From the NCBI GenBank assembly GCA_913049555.1, contig CAJWYM010000005.1:6719-70718 (forward strand): 64,000 nt of DNA. The letters are read 5' to 3'. Below the pieces are notes generated by a model. It searched no databases, was not told where the DNA came from, and saw only the letters and a list, made by a program, of their open reading frames with translations. This DNA comes from an uncultured Opitutia bacterium (GTDB lineage: Bacteria > Verrucomicrobiota > Verrucomicrobiia > Opitutales > CAJWYM01). This document shows, piece by piece, positions 56,913 through 64,000 of the stretch. The translations under genes and the position numbers were made by a program. Positions within the stretch are counted from its first letter, which is position 1. Each line of letters opens with the position of its first letter.

Positions 56913-58615
56913 TATTGAAACGCAAGTGATGTCAGAATATTATGGCCCTCTATTAGGTCAAAATATTCCTCCTCGGCTTTAAACAAATTTACTTGCAGGT
57001 TCAGCGCCTTTTCAAAATCCCCTTCAAAAACTGCAGCTGCTTCCCTGTTTTTATTGATTAATTCTTTTATCATATTTTTGACTCGGCTGATGTCCCACCC
57101 TTTTTGATGTACATAATCGCCTCGATTGAGCAAGTGATTTTTCAGGCGGAGTAAGGAATTTAAGTCCATGCCAATTTTATCAACCAAAAGAGCCACTGCA
57201 TCATTCAACTGGGTAAAGGCACTTTCATAGGACTTAGAAATCCGAGTAAATCCTTCAATTTTTTCCCCTTTGTGGATCGAAATTTGATGATTCAGCAGAG
57301 ATTCAAATTGCTCTTTCATCTCGAATCGAATCCTGAAAAGCTCTTTTCGAGAAGCAATCTGATTCAGCAATATTTCTTCCATCGCGTCCCGTTCCTCCTC
57401 CAAAAATCCAGGCCATTGAACAGGCATTCCATGAATTTCATTCTTAGATTCGGCAATCATACTCTCCTCTATTTGCCGAATTTTGACAAGTTGTTCATTC
57501 TGAGAAACCGCAGGCGTTTGAGAAGTTTGAGAAGTTTCTAAAAAAGGGGGTTCTTCATTTAATTGAGTCTCTTTATCCGAGCTCTCTACAGATTCTATCT
57601 TGTATTTCCGCTTCAACCTAGCAATCGTATCTTCTAGACTCTCCTCTAAAATTTCATCTTTCTGAATGATTGAATCTAGATCCGTTTCTGTAGACAAAAC
57701 CACGGAGTCCGGGAAATCCTTGGAAATTGGATTTTCGAACCGTTCTATTTTTAACAATTCCTTTTTATCTATCAAATAGACGAGTTCTTCCTTACTAAAT
57801 CGAAGAGAATCATCTTTGACTTGGTTCAATAAATATTTGGCCTTTTTAAGATCTCCTAACTCTGCGACCGCTCTTGCTTTGTGAAGCTTCAGAGCTTGGC
57901 GTTCTAACTCCGAATCTGGATTTTCAAGCAATTCATCCCATAAATCAGAAGCAAGTTTCCAATCTGCATCCTGAACATCATAAAAAGATTGAGCGTAGCG
58001 TTCCAAATATTTACGATTATTAGAGTCCAACTTGGATGCCATACGGAAGGAACTCAACATAAGTTCTTCCAACTCTAGTGGAGACATCCAATTTTGTTTG
58101 AGTATTTCTTCTTTGTAGAAAAACAGAAAAGTTCCGTATTGGTAATGGTAAAGCGGTTCCTGAGGAGCCAGAAGTAAAGCCTGCTTGAGAAACTGATTGC
58201 CCTTGGTTAGGTCCCCTTTTTCAGCGTAATAATTGGCTAATTGTTGTTTGATAACAGGGATCGAAGGGTTGTATCGATCGGCCCTCAAATAGAGCTTATT
58301 TGCCTTTTCAGGGCGATTGACTCGACGAAACAATTTCCCCAGGAGAATATAGGCAGTCTCATCCTCTGGGTTGTCTGCAATGTACAATTCATAATTAGCA
58401 ATGATAGAACGAACCTTGAAGTCTAAATCCGATTGCGAATACTTTTCAGGATTCTCTTTGATGACCGCAAACAAGATTTGTTCCTTATTGACGATTTCAG
58501 CCAATCTCTTTTCTGCCATAGTCGTTCCCCGAACTTGAGAATTTTCTGCAAGCAGAACAAGAGGAACCCAGAAAAAGCCCACTATCAAGAATTTAAGACT
58601 ATAAATCAATGTCAT
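56912..58615 (-). CDS. TPR-repeat protein with signal anchor and C-terminal coiled-coil-like region
   Basis: N-terminal hydrophobic segment; TPR-like repeats (AYILLGKLFRRVNRPEKANKLYLRADRYNP, LANYYAEKGDLTKGNQFLKQALLLAP). Its stop overlaps the M50 start. Confidence 0.55.
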   Translation of the reverse strand: MTLIYSLKFLIVGFFWVPLVLLAENSQVRGTTMAEKRLAEIVNKEQILFAVIKENPEKYSQSDLDFKVRSIIANYELYIADNPEDETAYILLGKLFRRVNRPEKANKLYLRADRYNPSIPVIKQQLANYYAEKGDLTKGNQFLKQALLLAPQEPLYHYQYGTFLFFYKEEILKQNWMSPLELEELMLSSFRMASKLDSNNRKYLERYAQSFYDVQDADWKLASDLWDELLENPDSELERQALKLHKARAVAELGDLKKAKYLLNQVKDDSLRFSKEELVYLIDKKELLKIERFENPISKDFPDSVVLSTETDLDSIIQKDEILEESLEDTIARLKRKYKIESVESSDKETQLNEEPPFLETSQTSQTPAVSQNEQLVKIRQIEESMIAESKNEIHGMPVQWPGFLEEERDAMEEILLNQIASRKELFRIRFEMKEQFESLLNHQISIHKGEKIEGFTRISKSYESAFTQLNDAVALLVDKIGMDLNSLLRLKNHLLNRGDYVHQKGWDISRVKNMIKELINKNREAAAVFEGDFEKALNLQVNLFKAEEEYFDLIEGHNILTSLAFQ

Positions 58616-58657
58616 GACAATAGGAAACTGGATTCTCTAAATTAAGGAGAATGACTT

Positions 58658-60055
58658 TTAAATATGAATCGCTTCGTTGTGAACATCAGCAGCAGCTTCT
58701 GCAAGGGCTTCACTCAATGTTGGATGTGCATGAATGGTGCTGTGTATGTCTTCAACAGTTGCTTCGAGCTGCATTCCTAGAGCATATTCAGTAATCAACT
58801 CAGTGGCATCAGAACCGACAATATGAGCCCCGAGAATTTCTCCATGTTCCGCACCAACGATCAACTTGACAAAACCCTCAGGCTTATTTGTAGCAACCGC
58901 TTTCCCTGATGCAGCAAAAGGAAATTTACCCACTTTATAATCCAATTCTTGTTCTTTTGCTTTTTCCTCAGTCAAACCAATGCTTGCAACTTGAGGCTGA
59001 CAGTAAGTGCACCCAGGAAAGGCATCAAAAGGAACCGGTTTAGAAGCCTTGAACATTCCATTAACCGCGTTCACAGCTCGATAAGTCGCCACATGAGCTA
59101 ACCAAGGCGGTCCCACAATATCTCCAGCAGCATACACACCCGCTAATGAAGTTTGATAATGATCATCCACCATCAGGTAACCACGATCCATTGATAAATC
59201 TAGGTTGTCAGCTAGCAATCCATCTGTGTTAGCAACCACCCCAATAGCCATCAGCAGAGTTTCTGCCTCAACCTCCTCAACGGTGTCCCCCTTGACAAGT
59301 TTCATACTGACAGAAGATTTAGACTTAACAATATCCTCTACCTTGGTTCCCTTATAAATCTTGATGCCAGATTTTTTGAAAGACCTTTCGACCACCGCGG
59401 AGACCTCAACATCCTCAACTGGAAGAATCGTGGGGAGCATTTCAACAATTGTCACTTCACAGCCAAAAGCATTTAGAAAATATGCAAATTCAACGCCAAT
59501 CGCACCTGCACCCATAATTACGATGCTCTTTGGCATTTTGGTCATAGCAAGCGCTTCTCGAGAAGTCATAAGTTGTTTGCCGTCTGGATCTAACCCAGGG
59601 AGAGATCGAGCCTTACATCCCGTTGCGATCAAAACCTTATCCGTTGGTAATAGGCGGACTTCTCCTTCAGCATCTGTAACTTCAACCATTCCAGGAGCTG
59701 CCAATTTTGCTTTGCCAACTATGTATTCAACCTTGTTCTTTTTAAATAAAAATTCAATGCCACCTCCCATCGTATCAGCCACTCCTCGAGAGCGCTTCAT
59801 AACTTTGCTAAAATCAAAGTTGGCGCCTTCAACAGAAAGTCCAAAATCAGAAGCATTCTGAATCGTTTTAAAAACTTCAGCACTTTTCAACAATGCCTTG
59901 GATGGAATACAACCCCAGTTCAAACAAGTTCCCCCAGCGCGCTCCATTTCAACGCACACAACTTTTTTCCCTAATTGTCCCGCACGTATAGCAGCCGCAT
60001 ACCCTGCAGGTCCACCCCCGATTACTACGAGGTCATAAATATTGTTATCAGCCAT
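58658..60055 (-). CDS. lpdA: dihydrolipoyl dehydrogenase (E3)
   Basis: VVIGGGPAGYAAAIRAGQLG, redox-active GGTCLNWGCIPSKALL, C-terminal HAHPTLSEA. Confidence 0.9.
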   Translation of the reverse strand: MADNNIYDLVVIGGGPAGYAAAIRAGQLGKKVVCVEMERAGGTCLNWGCIPSKALLKSAEVFKTIQNASDFGLSVEGANFDFSKVMKRSRGVADTMGGGIEFLFKKNKVEYIVGKAKLAAPGMVEVTDAEGEVRLLPTDKVLIATGCKARSLPGLDPDGKQLMTSREALAMTKMPKSIVIMGAGAIGVEFAYFLNAFGCEVTIVEMLPTILPVEDVEVSAVVERSFKKSGIKIYKGTKVEDIVKSKSSVSMKLVKGDTVEEVEAETLLMAIGVVANTDGLLADNLDLSMDRGYLMVDDHYQTSLAGVYAAGDIVGPPWLAHVATYRAVNAVNGMFKASKPVPFDAFPGCTYCQPQVASIGLTEEKAKEQELDYKVGKFPFAASGKAVATNKPEGFVKLIVGAEHGEILGAHIVGSDATELITEYALGMQLEATVEDIHSTIHAHPTLSEALAEAAADVHNEAIHI

Positions 60056-60345
60056 AATCTAAAGATTCTTTACAAACGTTTTTATTTAAATAAGAAATCG
60101 ATTGAATAGTATTATTCCATCGATATCAATCTGCATTTCCATCAAAAGCTTGACTTCTTAAAAAAAATGAATCCCTCGGAGCTCATTTTTAGAATAAATA
60201 GGAACCTACAAATTGGTTATTAATCATACATTTAAGGACAACCAGCGTCAAAAATAGCTTCATTCTAAGTTAAATCTGGAAACAAACTTGAATCATTAGG
60301 CATTGTTGGAAGAACTATTAAGAGTCTAGTAAATGCAAAATGTTT

Positions 60346-61785
60346 CTATACCTGTCCCCTTCTTTTTTCCAGCTCCATGCGAATATTAACCATTTTTTCT
60401 TTATTCAAAGGATATAATTTATTCATCACAAAAGCAGTCGTAAGAAGAAAAAGAGGCAATGCAATGAACAATACACGCATCATTAAAAATGTTTCCTCAC
60501 CTTGATCCCCCGCTTTGTCTTTGTCAAATCCAGTGACTGTCAAAACATACCCAGAGACCCCAAGAGCGATCGAAGAGGATGCCTTCATCAACCAACCACT
60601 CACCGCATTGAACATACCCTCGCGTCTTTTTCCATGGTTGAACTCATCATAATCACAATAATCAGCTAGCATAGAGATCCAAATAGACCAAAAACAGGTT
60701 TGTGAAGTGGCCATAAAAAAAGGCAACAAAAAGACCAAGTATGGATATTCAGGATTGAAAAGAAACCATTTTGAGCAGGAACCTAGGATCGAAAGACCCA
60801 AAGCAAAAGCAATCAATTTCTTTTTCTCAACCTGCATGAAATATTTCCGTAAAAAGTACAAGACGAAAAAGCCTAGAACGGAAGAAAGATTGGCAGCAAT
60901 TGCTGAGAACACCGAACCTTTTCCCCAATCTCCATCAAAAATATAAAAAATATTAATATACATTCCTAAGGAACCAATAATTAATAAACTACTAAGCAGA
61001 GCGGCCCCAATCCCATGGACATAAATAAAAACAGGATCCCCTAAAAAGTTTTTAAATGCTGGTATCAATTGAACTTTTTCTTGTTTCTGGGCGATTTTTT
61101 GATAACGCTCTTTGGGAACTTTAGCGGCGGCGAGACCAGTCAACAGAATCACCACTCCACATACAGAAGTCACAACCTTGATTCCTATTTCTGGGCCTGC
61201 AAAAAACGCCAAATTAGCTGCTGGAAAAATCCACGGAACCGTCATCTGAGACAACTCATTAAAATAGGATGTGACGACCTGAAGTTTACTTCGCTCATCA
61301 TAATGGGGAGTCATTTCTGCTCCCAATGCTCTCCATGGAACTGAATAAATCGTGTAACAGGTAAAAAACACAACTAAACCGGCGGCCATGTATGCAACAA
61401 CTGCATGCTCATTCCAGTCTGGAGAAGCCCACCATATTATTGGGAAAACGATGGACAATAAGAGGCAACCCAAAAACATAAAAGGCTTTCTTCTTCCAGA
61501 ATGCCCTTTCCAATTGTCCGATATTTTACCCATAATCGGATCTGTAATCGCATCCCAGAGTCTCATGGCTCCAAGAGTCAGACCAATGACTTTTGGATCT
61601 ACTCCCATGATCAAATTATAAACAGGATTGACCAATTGGTTCACTGCTGACTCTCCTGCTTGATTGGCGTACCCCCCTGCGCCATAAGCTAACTTTTCTT
61701 TAAATGGAATAGCCTCCTTATTTCTTGAAACTCCAATCTCGGAAGCAGATTGAGAAGAAGTTTTCAGGGTCTTGTTGGTATCCAT
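60346..61785 (-). CDS. GPH-family cation symporter, MFS (third paralogue)
   Basis: DAITDPIMGKISDNWKGHSGRRKPF motif, multi-TM profile, C-terminal ELEKRRGQV tail as in the other two copies. Confidence 0.8.
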   Translation of the reverse strand: MDTNKTLKTSSQSASEIGVSRNKEAIPFKEKLAYGAGGYANQAGESAVNQLVNPVYNLIMGVDPKVIGLTLGAMRLWDAITDPIMGKISDNWKGHSGRRKPFMFLGCLLLSIVFPIIWWASPDWNEHAVVAYMAAGLVVFFTCYTIYSVPWRALGAEMTPHYDERSKLQVVTSYFNELSQMTVPWIFPAANLAFFAGPEIGIKVVTSVCGVVILLTGLAAAKVPKERYQKIAQKQEKVQLIPAFKNFLGDPVFIYVHGIGAALLSSLLIIGSLGMYINIFYIFDGDWGKGSVFSAIAANLSSVLGFFVLYFLRKYFMQVEKKKLIAFALGLSILGSCSKWFLFNPEYPYLVFLLPFFMATSQTCFWSIWISMLADYCDYDEFNHGKRREGMFNAVSGWLMKASSSIALGVSGYVLTVTGFDKDKAGDQGEETFLMMRVLFIALPLFLLTTAFVMNKLYPLNKEKMVNIRMELEKRRGQV

Positions 61786-62245
61786 AATCTTAGGGTTGAG
61801 GTCATTGAAAAAGGAGGACTCAATCTATGAATCCACTCAAAAACAAAATTTAAATTAGTTACAGGAAAATGAGTCTATTAAAAGGATTCCTTAAATAAGA
61901 ATCAAATCTCTAATAAGTCAAGTATCTTATAATATAATAATACTAATTATTTCTTTTCTTTGTTTTTAGGAGTCTTAGAACTTTTTCTCCTTGAAACGCC
62001 TTGATCGGTAAATTCAAACCTCAAAAAGTCCAGAAGCAAGATTCAAATAGATCCTTTGCTTTTAAAACATTCATAAAATTTTATCGTCTTAAAAGTTAAA
62101 GCAGTGAAACATTTTTATTAGTAAAAGAAAATCTAAGCTTTGTCGGAATTCTCATAGAAAGAGTCTTTAAACTTATAGCAAAATTTTCTTATTATGGCAT
62201 AATAGCTACAAGGAACGTTTGTACCATTTACTACTATTAAACTTT

Positions 62246-63838
62246 ATGCAAAAAAATACCAAATTCTTAAAATTCTTCCTTTTTTTGATCTTGTCTCTTT
62301 CTCTATCGAGCTTCATTGAAGCCTCTAAAAAACCCAATGTAATTCTCATTTATGGGGACGATGTTGGCTACGGAGATTTAGGAGTACTCGGTGCCAAAAA
62401 AATACCCACCCCTAATTTAGACAAACTAGCAGCCCAAGGGTTGGTTTTTACAGATGGCCACAGTCCAGCAGCAACTTGCTCTGCCTCAAGGTTTACTATG
62501 CTTACAGGCCAATTAGCACATCGCAAAAAAATAAGAATTTTAGGTATTTCCGCTCCCCTTTCAATTTCGTTGGAGGACTATACTTTAGCCCATGTATTTC
62601 AAGATGCCGGATACAAGACCGCTGTCATTGGTAAATGGCATTTAGGACTTGGATCACCGGGTGTGAAGACCGATTGGAATGGGATCGTCAAACCCGGCCC
62701 TCTTGAGATTGGTTTTGATTATTCTTTCTTACTGCCCAATACGAACGACCGAGTTCCTTGTGTGTATTTGGAAAACCACCAAGTAGTCAACCTCGACCCA
62801 AACGACCCAATTTATTTGTCTAAAAAAGTGGATCCTAGAAGCACCGAATACCCAAATGGAAGAACCCATCCAGAAGCCATGACCTATTACCCAAACTCTC
62901 ATGGTCACAACCATAGTGTAATCAATGGAATTGGTCGTATTGGCACTATGTATGGTGGAACACAAGCGCTTTGGAACGACGAAACCATGGCCGATGAATT
63001 TGTGATCCGAACGGAAATGTTTATAACTTCACATCTAAAGGAAAATAAAGAACAACCTTTCTTTTTATATTTTTCATCCCAAGACATTCACGTTCCAAGA
63101 GTTCCTCACCCTAGGTTTCGAGGAAAAAGTGAATTAGGCTATCGAGGGGATGCCATGGTTCAATTGGACTGGTCAACTGGGGCAATCATGAACATTCTCA
63201 AAAATCATGGAATTGATCAAAATACCATGATTTTGTTCTCCAGTGACAATGGTCCTGTTTATGACGATGGCTATCAAGATGGCACTACGGTTAAAACCAG
63301 CAGAGAAGAGGTAGACAACGGTCATGACGGTTCCGGCATCTACCGAGGTGGAAAATATCAAATCTATGAGGGAGGAACTCGAGTCCCATTTATTGTCAGC
63401 TGGCCAGAAAAAATAAAACCAGGATTCAGCGATGCATTAGTGACCCAAACCGATTTTATCCGATCCTTTGCTAAAATGTTAAACATAAACTTACCCCAAA
63501 ATGCTGCACCCGATAGCCAAAATACAATAAAAGCCTTTTTAGGAGAGGATCCAATTGGAAACACTTATATGATTGAGGAAGCCAAAGGGTATGCTTTGCG
63601 CCATCAAAACTGGAAATTAATAAGAATGGGCACTAAAGGCGCCAAAAAGAATCAACAGAGCACTCCGATCGCAGCCGAATCTGCAAAATACCAATTATTC
63701 AACCTTGAGAACGATGTTGGTGAACAAAGAAATGTTTTTACACAATATCCCGAAAAAGCAGAAGTTATGATCCAAATCTTGGAGGAAATATTCTCAGGTG
63801 CTGGGGCATACAAGGTATTCCAAAAATTGGCTCTATAG
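62246..63838 (+). CDS. Cys-type arylsulfatase-like sulfatase (CxAxR variant), secreted
   Basis: Signal peptide; PNVILIYGDDVGYGDLG; formylglycine-site CSASRFTMLTGQ; GKWHLG; SSDNGP. I preferred ATG 62246 over TTG 62219. Confidence 0.9.
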   Translation: MQKNTKFLKFFLFLILSLSLSSFIEASKKPNVILIYGDDVGYGDLGVLGAKKIPTPNLDKLAAQGLVFTDGHSPAATCSASRFTMLTGQLAHRKKIRILGISAPLSISLEDYTLAHVFQDAGYKTAVIGKWHLGLGSPGVKTDWNGIVKPGPLEIGFDYSFLLPNTNDRVPCVYLENHQVVNLDPNDPIYLSKKVDPRSTEYPNGRTHPEAMTYYPNSHGHNHSVINGIGRIGTMYGGTQALWNDETMADEFVIRTEMFITSHLKENKEQPFFLYFSSQDIHVPRVPHPRFRGKSELGYRGDAMVQLDWSTGAIMNILKNHGIDQNTMILFSSDNGPVYDDGYQDGTTVKTSREEVDNGHDGSGIYRGGKYQIYEGGTRVPFIVSWPEKIKPGFSDALVTQTDFIRSFAKMLNINLPQNAAPDSQNTIKAFLGEDPIGNTYMIEEAKGYALRHQNWKLIRMGTKGAKKNQQSTPIAAESAKYQLFNLENDVGEQRNVFTQYPEKAEVMIQILEEIFSGAGAYKVFQKLAL

Positions 63839-64000
63839 ATTTAATTTTTGTATTTAGGAAGGGACGTTCACTTTTGCCAGTAAATGGATCCAAAAATAAG
63901 TAATGAATTCCATTTCTGATGATCATTAGAGTAAACCCGGAGTTCACGATAGGAAATTGAATTCAAGCAATATAGATTGAATCGAAAGTAAGCGACTGCT

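Noticed and set aside
63765-63947. A 60-aa minus-strand ORF lies at the window end.
   Set aside because: It overlaps the 3' end of the sulfatase gene on the opposite strand and has no motif. The remaining 160 nt to the window edge show no supportable feature.

Overview
This is a 64-kb, low-GC, gene-dense bacterial chromosomal segment with about 50 CDS. Most genes from about 24 kb onward are on the minus strand. I recognised no rRNA, tRNA, CRISPR array, transposase or integrase. The gene content suggests a marine polysaccharide-degrading PVC-type organism (Lentisphaerae/Verrucomicrobia-like), but that is inference only. It includes four Cys-type sulfatases, three GPH-family symporters, two paralogous clan GH-A-like hydrolases and a giant beta-helical exoprotein.

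Main blocks:
1. 1-3.8 kb: a cNMP-domain cation/proton exchanger, an atypical Fur-family regulator, a TPR protein and nadA.
2. 4.4-9 kb: a eukaryote-type phospholipid scramblase, an NTF2/CaMKII-hub-like protein, a SOUL lipoprotein, umuDC and bcp.
3. 10.2-21.7 kb: one 3842-aa TpsA/filamentous-haemagglutinin-like gene with no TpsB partner in the window.
4. 26.5-32.3 kb: a complete seven-gene Nit1C-type cluster (nitrilase, radical SAM, flavoprotein, GNAT, AIR-synthase-like and two small proteins). It lies behind a near-consensus sigma-54 promoter, and its chemistry is unknown.
5. 32.8-43.9 kb: a sulfated-glycan-type locus with GPH transporters, GH-A-like hydrolases and sulfatases.
6. 43.9-48.2 kb: pseB-pseC-pseG-pseI.
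7. 48.4-60 kb: housekeeping genes (coaX, birA, nadC, carA, parC-like, M50 protease, lpdA).
8. 60.3-63.8 kb: another GPH transporter and sulfatase pair.

The observations most worth follow-up:
- the Nit1C cluster and its promoter architecture
- the orphan giant exoprotein with a disordered insertion in its secretion domain
- two paralogous promoter-to-terminator units that look like small-RNA genes (about 4.1 kb and 22.3 kb)
- a UmuD homologue that appears to lack the Ser/Lys dyad

All family assignments come from motif recognition by eye. No database search was run.
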